Assembly: GCA_964016885.1 (NCBI GenBank)
Contig: OZ024742.1
Coordinates: forward strand, 26,722,001 to 26,786,000
Length of the DNA stretch: 64,000 nt
Direction of reading: 5' to 3'
Source of the DNA: Eledone cirrhosa
Lineage: Eukaryota
Below the pieces are notes generated by a model. The model ran no database searches. It was not told the DNA's origin and saw only the letters and a program-made list of their open reading frames with translations. Shown in pieces: positions 27,940-38,907 of the stretch. Position 1 is the first letter of the stretch, and every line of letters starts with the position of its first letter. The position numbers and the translations under genes are program-made.

Positions 27940-28715
27940 CTATCCGTTAGGGTATAACGTGGGGCTGTAATACAGGAAAGTGTTGTGCAATTTATGTTTA
28001 CAAGCCGAAATTGCCTCAGATTTTTTGTTTAAGAGGTGGTCTGTGGCGTAAAGTATTTCCAGGGCCTCAGCGGCGCAGAGGTCACATGGTCTTTTATTTC
28101 CGTTATACGATCTAGCCCTAGCTAGGATGTCCCAGTGTACCTTATATTGGGTGTGGTTGTCTTTTAGACTCCAGATATAAGCTGAAAGTGACGTCATATT
28201 CCTTCTTAGAGGGTAACGAAAAGAATGGGTATGCATGTAAAGACGCTGCTTGAATCTATTGGCGGTTAACCCTATGTAGGCCCTACGGGACGTGGGTGTT
28301 ACAACCTTACATTTGTAGACAATGTTACTAGAGAGCCATTTCCCGGATAGGGGGCAATCAACCCGATTCCTACAATTACAGTTAGTACTAACTACAGGGT
28401 TGCACGTGTTCCTTCGGCTAGGTAGTTTAGCTAAATTTGAAGCTGTGATGTTATGTGCAAGGTTAGGAGTCGTAGAGTAAAAAAATTTAATAGTATTTCT
28501 ATTAAAAATATTACTATACTTATGTGTAGGGGGAAAATGCTTCGTAATAAGGGAAAGAAACATCCTAGCTAATGGTGTGGCCACCTCCATATTATATGGT
28601 GGGTTATACCAACAAATGCGACGGGATCTGTTTCTTCTAGGTCTATTTTCGTACTCTGTATATGCTACCTTATCGACAAATCCACTTCGAGCAAGGGCTT
28701 CATTGTAATAAGTTC
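27940..28715 (-). mobile_element. Penelope-like element fragment (thumb end, linker, GIY-YIG), reading frame open
   Basis: YYNEALARSG..WYNPPY, KHFPPTH, CNCRNRVDCPL, IVYKC..AYIGLTANRFKQR, CDLCAAE, LLNKKSE..CKH. Confidence 0.9.
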
Positions 28716-29045
28716 TGTCTTTGCGCGTAATTGTTTTTCACCGCTCCTATTAATGAAGTATGATATTCGTTTTTTCCCGTTCTTTGCCAGCGAACGTTTC
28801 CACGAACCAAAGTATCGTCTTCCTGTCTTCCTCCGGTTGCAACGTTTTTTGAAATATCCACTTCTGCGTTTACAGATTGACTTTCTTAGTTTCAGAAGAT
28901 CCCGTTAAGGGTGAAAGCAGCGATTCTTTGCTTAAACTTTAATCTGTTATTTTAATAAATATTTGCTCTACGGTTCTTATATATTTGATATATATTTATC
29001 CTTATCGAGCCCTCTTTGGATTTTAGTCTTCAAATTTATTATTAT

Positions 29046-29185
<140 letters not shown>

Positions 29186-29320
29186 ATATATGCATATATA
29201 TATACGAAACGTCAACAGGGAATAAATGGGAAAACAACACTGCAATTCAATGCTGATACATAATAGTTTAATGCTTGATATAGTAGAAAAAGATTGTTGT
29301 ATATACATAGAGATGAGTGT

Positions 29321-29442
<122 letters not shown>

Positions 29443-30991
29443 TGTCTATATAGTTTGTAAATGCAATCGTATACATAATTATATCAATCCAGTATCATCA
29501 CAGACGTAAGAACAATAAATGTTTTACATTCAACACTTTCATTATATTCTATTTGTAATTCTGCAATATGGCAAATGAAAGAGTAATTATTTATCTATCT
29601 TTATCACTAATATTCAACCATTTATCCGTGTACATCATTCGTTTTTCTTTTTTTCTTGGCTCATAAAGGAAATTATGAATAATTTTCAACGCTCATATAC
29701 GCAAATATACTTCATATTTCATAGATTTATTTTCTTTATTTGTAATGTAGTAAATTTCGGATTCATAAAATATAATGCTATGATTAATCATAATGGATAA
29801 TGTCTTCAGTTATTTGTTTTTTCTATTTTCTGCAACATTAATTAGAAGGAAATATATTTTAGTCTAATCTAAAATGATAGAATCGTAGAGATGAGGAAGT
29901 TGAAATTTTCCTTCCGGGTTACCAAAAAGGAAATGAAATGCTGATCCGGTATTTGTGTTAATGTCTGGTTTATTAGGGGAACGGCCAAAATCAAACATTT
30001 TACCTGATTTACTCAGCTATTATAGTAATCGACTCTGAATAAATTAATTTTCTATGTCTATCAATCGTACCTTTTCTCTGAATATCATAACTACTATGCG
30101 CTTCTGTATTTCGATAATTTGCATGTTTCTAATCAGGGATCTAGTCGGAAAGCTTATAGTCAAGTAGACAGAAGGGGAGTGTCATTAATGTGAAAAGAGC
30201 AAGTAAGCACAGCATCTCCGTCCGTACTGGATGCTATCGTCTCCATTAAGTCAGGCGCAATCCATCTACTTGAATAAATGGTTACATAATAGCTTAAGCT
30301 CTAGGAAAAGGTCATGTTTATATATATTGATCATATCTGCACACATTTGAAGAGTGTTTTGCAAAGCATGCCCTTCATTAGTTTCTTTCCATCTCCAAAA
30401 CACATACACACCCGTATATATATAGGGAGGATGGATAACTTGAGGTTACCGTAGGTTCACCTGGGTGAGCAGTCGATATTTAGGTTCACTTCAGTGTCGA
30501 GGTGTAGAGCTATACAGAGTGTATTATAGTGAAAAGATAATAAGGACGATTGGTTACTCCTTCATTACATTTATTGTTTGGTGACGCGCGTTTCGCCACT
30601 GATCAGCTCAAGGTTTGATCTGAATCGATCTTCCCCGACTCTGTAATCTGCGGCTCGACGGACCCCTTGAAAAAGAGAGAGAGAGGGGCGGGGGAGAGAA
30701 AATGAGAGAGAAATACAATGAGGTGTAATGGGACTAAACGAAATGGTGTAAAACCCAACGAAACTTAAGTATCTCTATATATCACTGTTGTAACTGATTA
30801 TATATATAATGTTTATGTCTATATGATTTTTCGTAATGTGTAAGACATAGATTCTAATGAAGGGAACAATCCTATTCAGGAGGCCATAAACGGGTGTTTC
30901 AGTGATTGTGTTCGTGTATACATATGAGGAGGATTCAAAACTAACTAGAATCGATCGAATTCATCTTCTTCATAGATAGAATAGATACTCA

Positions 30992-31079
<88 letters not shown>

Positions 31080-31783
31080 AGATTACAATAATCAAAGTTC
31101 AGTTCAAATCATTTATTTGCTTACAATTGTTTCCTCCAAACCGAGGTTTGGATTCTTCGGAGCAAATATTTAGTGATCTATAACATACTTGACCTCCTTT
31201 TCAACACAAGAGACATATAAAACATATGCATATATTGACCCACAGTGGGTTGACATCCATCATGATGATATAACATGGCAATTTAGGAAGATAAAGCAAG
31301 AGGAAAGTTTAGAGTAGTCAGTGTATGAAACAATCTCACGTGTGGCATTCACGCGTGTCTTATTTATACAAGATTAGAGTGCGGCAGATTTTTACTTGTA
31401 GAATCAGGCAGTTAAAGCAGGCAATCAATAGTATCATGTGGGCCGTATTGTTAAATCTTTTTTTCGCATACACCTGTACGATATACAATCCCGAATGTAG
31501 AGAAACACCAAAAATATCAAAAATATCAAACATATTATAAAACATATTATAAAAGAGGCAAAACAGCACCACTGTCTTCGCACACACCACCACTCACACA
31601 ATCCATGAAACGCAATATATAGACTACAGGTCTATCACACAATCCACGATGATTCAGCATTGAGTGTCTGGAGAACCAAGTTATAAACCATATCTTGTCG
31701 TTTCTTAATTTGATTAATAGATCAGGTTGTTTTAGTTGTGTGAGATGACATTGTATTATATATATCTTTATATATGTATATAT

Positions 31784-31968
31784 ACATCCAGAGTTGACAC
31801 TGCACTCAGTGCTCCTGTAGGAGCCCCTGCATGGACACACTGGAAGAGGGTGACCGAGGTTGACATATATTGATGCCTTTGGAAACGCAGGACATGGCAA
31901 CGATGATGAGGGACAGCGACCTCTGGAGAGAACTAGTCCATGGGTCTCGGGGGTTTTACCCGGCCTCG
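31784..31968 (+). mobile_element. RTE-type LINE 3' fragment
   Basis: HPELTLH..EPLHGH, QDMATMMRDSDLWRELVHGSRGFYP; homologous to 24392-24600. Confidence 0.8.
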
Positions 31969-32576
31969 ATATATAAACTTAAGAAAACAAAGATGACAAG
32001 AAACGAACGGAAGCATAACAAAACAAAACACAATTATTTTAATGAGAAACCATAAAAGATCATTTTTGAAAAATAAAAATACAAATGAAGGACACAGAAC
32101 GTCATGGTCATCGCCCGTTCAGATGGGCTTTGCCAGTTTCGACTCCTACCAAAGATACTACTGGTCCATTCGGAGTCACAGCGTCTGACGTAAGCCAAAC
32201 ATTGTCCAGTGGATTAAGAGACGAGAGACAAAACATTAATTTATTGCAATTAAGATAAAAAACAAATAGAATTGTGTGTGACGACAGGGAGAAAATGTAG
32301 TGCTTCTTATAGCACGAAATAGATGAATGAAAGGAAAGGAAGCTAAAAAGCAAGAAGAATAAAGTAAGATATCGTGTTAGAAAATGTAAGCCATAAAAAT
32401 AAATGGTGGTGGTGGGGTGGGCGTGAAGAAGAAATAATCACTATCGTCACATTAGTAGATAAACTTAACAAAATTAAGAAAGAGGAGACAAGACAACGAA
32501 GACAACAAGTGAGAGAGAGGGAGAACCTTACACGAAATCATTGATATACTTACGATCATTCAACCTATAATAAATA

Positions 32577-32648
<72 letters not shown>

Positions 32649-32649
32649 A

Positions 32650-32982
32650 TATATACCGAAGAAAGTGTGGTAAGGAACCAGGTGGACCATAACGCACCAG
32701 AGTACTCGATACTAACTGAAGACATTTAAAAAGTGTTGGAATAGAGAGGATTCCAGTTAACGTATCAGCGGTTAGATTTAAAGTAGTGTAAACACAAACA
32801 GCTTGAAATAAATTTATGGTATCAAAAGAAATATTAGGATAGTAGCGTAGGTAATAGGAAAAGCGTCAGGACCCCGACGGTTGTGCTCCGGCCATTTCGA
32901 CAGCTAGATCTAAATCCGAACAGTTCGGATCTAGCTGTCGAAACAGACGGAGCTCAACAGTCCAACAGTCGGGGTACTATCT

Positions 32983-32986
<4 letters not shown>
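32650..32986. repeat. Short (TA)n-embedded element ending in a long hairpin
   Basis: 32663-32713 is shared with 61200-61250; perfect 16-bp arms at 32895-32910 and 32928-32943. Confidence 0.7.
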
Positions 32987-33027
<41 letters not shown>

Positions 33028-33759
33028 ACAAGGAGAAAAAGACGATTATTAGGAAGAAAAATTTTTTTTTTTTCCGTTTTATTTATTTCTCTCTCTTTTT
33101 CTGGGTTAGAAAATGATTAAAACGAAATATTTTTCTTTGTATGAAGTGTTAAGGTATTATTTGATTTATTTATTAATTAACAATGGCATTTATTTATTTA
33201 TTTATATATTTAATAATTGTCTATTACCGGTTTCAGCATTTTTATGCATTATCAAATGACAATATTGGTGTATTGGTGTAGAATGGTGGTGTTGGACATG
33301 TTAAAGAATAATGTTATTTACAAACAAGGTTTATGAAGTGAAAAGTGAAAAGAAAAAAGAAAAAAGAAAAAAAGGGGCGTAATGTGGAGCATAATAAGTC
33401 AACGTGAAAGAAAAAATAATGTTATTTACAGGCATAGTTCTTGAAGATAAGCAGATCAAAATGTGTTAATATAGCAAGAGTGGGTAGTTAATCCATGATG
33501 GAGGCAAATGGTGGACTGGGGTTTGATATGATTTCCCTTTTTAGAGAGTTAATATGCAGGGGGAGGTAATTCATGCTGGATGATATATAATTTATTTAAG
33601 AAAAAGGAGGTGTGTGGGGGAGGTCACTCGTTAGAGAGACATAGGTATTTGTAAATGTTTGATTGTTCGTTGCAGTTTTAGTTTAGTCCGAAGTTTATTG
33701 TATTACGTAGAGGTTGGAATGTGTTAATTAAATATGTTTCCTTATTGGTACGATGGATG

Positions 33760-33801
<42 letters not shown>

Positions 33802-34290
33802 GAGAGAGGAGAGAGAGAGAGAGAGACGAGTTTGGTTGAGGAGGTAAGATACACATTCGCAATCATGAGAGCCGGGGTTTGATCTCACTGCCTGTCATCC
33901 TGTTTCAAATGTAGTTACTAGAGTTTCACATTAACACAAACCTTGTGTGTGAAATTTGGTAGGCGGAAACTGTGTTTCAGACCATCGAAGGAAAAGCATT
34001 TCTAATATTATGAACCTTTCCACACACTTACTGTGTCACTATTAATTGTTTGGAAATTACGATAAAATGCACGTGTCTGTAGAATACTCAACTATAGGCA
34101 TATTCTTTCTCAAGGTCAAAATATTGCATGCACATTGTCGAAAACGTCGAAGGACCCGTACTTCTCTCTGTCCCTCTTCCTATCAATACATACATATAGT
34201 GAGAGACGGGCATACATGCACACACTCATATATACAAATATATATATATATATATATATACAAATATATATACACATATACACACACATT

Positions 34291-34321
<31 letters not shown>

Positions 34322-34348
34322 GTGTGTGTATATGTGTATATATATTTG

Positions 34349-34380
<32 letters not shown>

Positions 34381-34400
34381 AATAGACTCAAGTGTATATG

Positions 34401-34432
<32 letters not shown>

Positions 34433-34448
34433 CATATACACAGATGTG

Positions 34449-34514
<66 letters not shown>

Positions 34515-35012
34515 CAGCGTGTGTATGTGTGTGTAAGCTCATATATACTTACTTGCATCGATTATGAAATCAACATCTGTAAAATCGCTCGATATATTTT
34601 TTTTTACTTTTCAAATAAATGTTCATTTTTCATTGTAATCAAATGATTTATTGTATTCAGGTTTAAAAAGAAAGAAAGACAGGCAAAGCTAAATTTACGT
34701 TTATTCATATCGAAACTATAATAATCAATGTTTCCTGCCTGATTATCTTGTAGTTCTTCTTGAATATTTTTAATCATAACATAAAGAAATATTTTCCTTC
34801 TTCTATTCAGCAGTCCTTTACTGGTGCGATTCATATTGTAACGGCACACATATAGATTGACCGAATTTAACTGCCCTCGATTTTAGTTTTGATGTAACGA
34901 TCCATTGAATCCCTTATCAAGCAATATGTCCAAAATGATCAGGTAAACAATGTTGCCCACTTTAAGACATATATATGAATATGATTGAAGCTTCTTCTCA
35001 AAAACATTTCAT

Positions 35013-35197
35013 GTGGATTGGCAGTATCGGTAGAGGGTCGGACGCCATGCTTTCCATCATAGTTACGTCCCTTTACGGTCTGAGTTCAAATCCCGCCGAG
35101 GTTAACTTTACCTTTCATCCTTACGGGGTCGATAAAATATAGTACCAGTAATGTACTGGGTAATTGATGGCCTTGTGCCAAAAGTGGAAACAATTAT
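35013..35197 (+). mobile_element. tRNA-derived SINE
   Basis: Family homology with A/B boxes. Confidence 0.9.
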
Positions 35198-35236
35198 AAC
35201 TCTTATATATTTTAGCTCTAGAGTTCTACCTTCATC

Positions 35237-35370
35237 GCGAACTGGAATGGCTCTTACAGTGCGTCACCTTCGCCATCCTCCGAGGAAAGGTCTTCTCTAT
35301 TCTGTAGGGCAGCCTGGTGTCAACTCCGCCGGAGCCGCAGAGTAGCCAACGCGTGAGCCCTTATTTGTTC
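35237..35370 (+). mobile_element. CRE-like RLE element extreme 3' relic
   Basis: RELEWLLQCVTFAILRGKVFSIL*, homologous to the C-terminus at 750-850 (-). Confidence 0.6.
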
Positions 35371-36012
35371 GTATTAGTGAGGAATGTGGAGAGCGTGAGA
35401 GGCAGACGCAGTGACAGTGTTGGTTTGGTTCCTTTGTGTTCAGCCCTGGTGTATATATATATTTATTTACTGCACCACATGTTTAACAAGTGTTACTGAC
35501 TGACCTCAATTTTCTTTCAGTCTTTCCTTTCATTGTTATAAACAGCTTCCTTTAACTAGAAATACTAAAAGTATGTCCTCTTTCAGCTCAAAATTATTAT
35601 TCATTAGTTAGATAAGATATAACTCAGTTAAACTTTCTAGACGGATTTGTATAGTGAACCTTCTTACGCCACTAACCAGATGATTCTATCAATTTGCGTC
35701 GTATTAGGTTGGATAAACAGAAATTCAGACTACCTCAGGTTGTTACAAATGCATTGAAACACGTGTTAGAATTCTTCATAAATGGTATTTTGAATATGAA
35801 CATCTGATTCGTCCAAAACGTCTGATTAATACACACACACATACATAAATACATAGATACATACATACACACAAACATACGGTGTAAGAACGAATTATCA
35901 AAATATCATCGTTATGTTTGTTCATTAGGGACGCGTGTTTCGTGTTTGAGTAGCTCAAAATTCAATAAGTATCAAACGATAGCTCACCAGACACATGGTT
36001 TCCTTATATATG

Positions 36013-36156
<144 letters not shown>

Positions 36157-36879
36157 TGTATGTGTGTGTGTGTGTGTGTGTGTCTGTGTGGAAGCTCGTC
36201 ATGGAGGCCTATTGTGTTCAAATTATATATTCCCATTGGTACGTGTCTCGTAAGACAACCAATTTTGTTTACATCCTACAAATACACGGTAGTGGTACGA
36301 GGTGCTTAATTATGCGAATGGCTTTGATGCTATGTATGATACTGTGTCTGTTGTTAATATGTCGAAACTAGCTTTAGAATCCTGTAGGTTGTGCAAAACA
36401 GGGATATGCAGAATAGTCGTTATGTGTTGGAATTACGACATTTGTTGTACTTCTGTTTGTCATTCTAGTATATCTGATTAGTGTTTATTATTCCATGGGG
36501 AAAATAAAGGTTTCTGCACGCATCGCATCCCTTAAAGACCTCGTTCATTACATTCACTTATTTGATCGACGATTTCAACCTTGCAGAAACTTGGATACTT
36601 CACTGAGGAAGAGGGAGCATCTGTTTGTTCCGTCTGGACTTCTGCTAGTTTCTCCATTTTATTTTGATGTGAGATTCCTTTATTTTTCAACTGTTAAAGT
36701 GTGGTGGGGTTGTCATCATTACAGCCCCTGCAAAATAGGAGATGTGAATGTGCTGTAGTTGTTCCAGTTGTTGTTGCTATTGTTGTTGTTTCTGCGGTTG
36801 TTGTTGCTCTGCTCCAACAATATTTGAAGAAAATAAATGGCGAATGTTTGCAAGTTGTCTATGGATTAATTTAAATGAG

Positions 36880-37232
36880 AATTTAATGTTTCAGATTGAT
36901 TAGTATCTGCTTCTCCGATTGGTTATTGAACTGTGTTTTGGCAATACGTTTCAGACAGGCAGTGTCAATATTTTCATTATGGAAAGACAAAATGTGGAAC
37001 CCAGTGTCCTAGTGGTAAATGTGTTGGACTACGTTTAGAGATTTATCCATATATACATATTACCGAAATGCAATTCTATTGTGACGACTCGGTGCTGCTT
37101 CGTTTCGGCGAGATTTAAAGTCATAAGGTAAACAGCCACGAATACGCGATTTGGATATATCCATGTTGCTTCCCCATTGAAGATGTAACAGAAAATGAGA
37201 AATAAATATGGTGCACACAAGCGTCTCACACA
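36880..37232 (-). mobile_element. Mariner 5' fragment (HTH region)
   Basis: MDISKSRIRGCLPYDFKSRRNEAAPSRHNRIAF; homologous to 24880-25100. Confidence 0.75.
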
Positions 37233-38694
37233 AAGTGAGGAACCCTTGTATCATGCTAGAAAATCATTTCAGGAGATAGAAGACCCTGATGTAAGACCTG
37301 TGACTCCATGGTAGCCAATGACGTTAACCTGTTCCTCTTTTTGGAAATCTGCCATCGTTGTTCAGCGAATGGGATTCGTCCAGTGTATGCAGATGATTGC
37401 GATCTTGTAGCGCACACAGAGAGTGATATGCAGCACATTTTGAATGTATTTTCTGACGCTTGCACTGCCCTGGGTTTGACTGTCAGTCTCAAGAAAACCG
37501 TCGTCATGTACCAACCTGCACCTGGTAGGCAGTACACTGAACCAAACATCTATGTGTATGGCAAACGACTTGGAGTGGTTGATCAGTTTGTCTACCTGGG
37601 AAGCACTGTCAATCGATACGGCAACCTTGACAGTGAAATCTCACTTAGGATTAGGAAAGCAAGTGATGCTTTCGGAAAGCTAGAAAGGCGACTCTGGGGT
37701 CGGCGAGACATATGCAGGAGGACAAAGGTAAGGGTGTACAGGGCATGTGTACTCTCTTGTCTTCTTTATGCCTGCGAGACCTGGGTCACATATCGACGCC
37801 ACCTTAAGCAATTGGAGCGTTTCCATCAGATGTGTCTCAGACGGATACATGGCGTTCGCTGGAGGGACCACATCAGTGATGTCGAGATTTTGGAAAGCTC
37901 TATGTGTGACAGTATAGAAGCTCTTGTGCTTAAGCAGCGACTCCGTTGGAGTGGTCACCTTGCCAGGATGAAGGATTCTAGAATACCAAAACAACTCTTC
38001 TATGGAGAGTTGGTTAAAGGAAAACGACCGCCACATAAACCAAAAAAGAGGTATAAGGATTCCTTGAAGGCCTCTCTGAAAGACGCTAACATCTCTGCTG
38101 ATACATGGGAAAATATTGCTGCTGATCGTAATAAATGGAGAAAGACTGTATATGAGGGAAAAGTTGCCTTTGAGGCATCTCGAATCGCACACGAGAAAGT
38201 AAAGCGGGACGTGAGGAGGGGTATTGCTGTTGCACTTCCAGACGGCGAGGGTCCTCCTATGTTTCTGACATGCAGCGTCTGTGCGAGACTCTGCCTAAGC
38301 AAAGCTGGACTCGAAAGTCATCTTCGCAGTCATAAAGTAAGACCAGTGGTTGACTACCAGGCTGCTGTTGGAGATGCTACTCATCATGCTTGCCAAACAT
38401 GTGGTAGAGAATGTAAATCAGCAGGAGGACTCAAGCGACATGCAAAAGTACACGAACTCCAACCACAGCCGACTATTCCCAGTAAATGTTTTGGTTGCCG
38501 ACTCTGTGCAAGACATTTTGGATCATTGGCTGGGCTAAAAAGCCACATTCGATCGCAGCACTGTTAGTTGCTATCGTGTGTGTGTGTAGATATGCTTATG
38601 TGCGTGCGTGTGTGTGTGTATATATGTGAATATGTATATTATTATTGTTGTTGTCGTTATTATTATTATTGCTATTATTATTATTATTATTATT
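37233..38694 (+). mobile_element. Internally deleted RTE LINE (5' UTR piece joined to the RT C-half); 3' UTR interrupted by the Tx1 pair
   Basis: 37233-37385 is homologous to the RTE-derived segments at 51125-51280 and 55855-56025; ORF runs from YADD; the 3' terminus resumes at 50863. Confidence 0.85.
37308..38567 (+). CDS. RTE reverse transcriptase C-terminal half with three C2H2 zinc fingers (419-aa ORF)
   Basis: YADDCDL, GLTVSLKKT, FVYLGS, LLYACETW, RLRWSGHLARM, PKQLFYGEL, then three CX2C-X12-H-X3/4-H fingers. Confidence 0.9.
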   Translation: MVANDVNLFLFLEICHRCSANGIRPVYADDCDLVAHTESDMQHILNVFSDACTALGLTVSLKKTVVMYQPAPGRQYTEPNIYVYGKRLGVVDQFVYLGSTVNRYGNLDSEISLRIRKASDAFGKLERRLWGRRDICRRTKVRVYRACVLSCLLYACETWVTYRRHLKQLERFHQMCLRRIHGVRWRDHISDVEILESSMCDSIEALVLKQRLRWSGHLARMKDSRIPKQLFYGELVKGKRPPHKPKKRYKDSLKASLKDANISADTWENIAADRNKWRKTVYEGKVAFEASRIAHEKVKRDVRRGIAVALPDGEGPPMFLTCSVCARLCLSKAGLESHLRSHKVRPVVDYQAAVGDATHHACQTCGRECKSAGGLKRHAKVHELQPQPTIPSKCFGCRLCARHFGSLAGLKSHIRSQHC

Positions 38695-38907
38695 GAATGC
38701 CATGGTTGACGGAGGCTCGGCTCTGTAAGGTATAGTAATTTTTAACCGTTAAAACAATTGTAAATTGTTTAAAACTTGAACCAAATTGTTGATAAAGACA
38801 CCCTCCTCCTCGTGAGAGGGGTCTTTCTGTCCGTTATTTGGCCCTTCGGGGTTAAATAGCCAGTTATTGGGGTTTTGTACCCAAAATTTCATTTTAAACA
38901 AAAAAAC

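Noticed and set aside
30570-30650. Minus-strand GAAAC-GCGC-GTC plus AATAAA, like a hammerhead 3' half
   Set aside because: No CUGANGA core or convincing stem II; at most a decayed remnant.
37308-38567. Host C2H2 zinc-finger gene
   Set aside because: The fingers are in frame with an RTE RT and lack TGEKP linkers.
38794-38830. CCTCCTCGTG resembling the R2/HDV ribozyme L3 loop
   Set aside because: I could not build P1, P2 or J4/2; it folds better as a simple hairpin.
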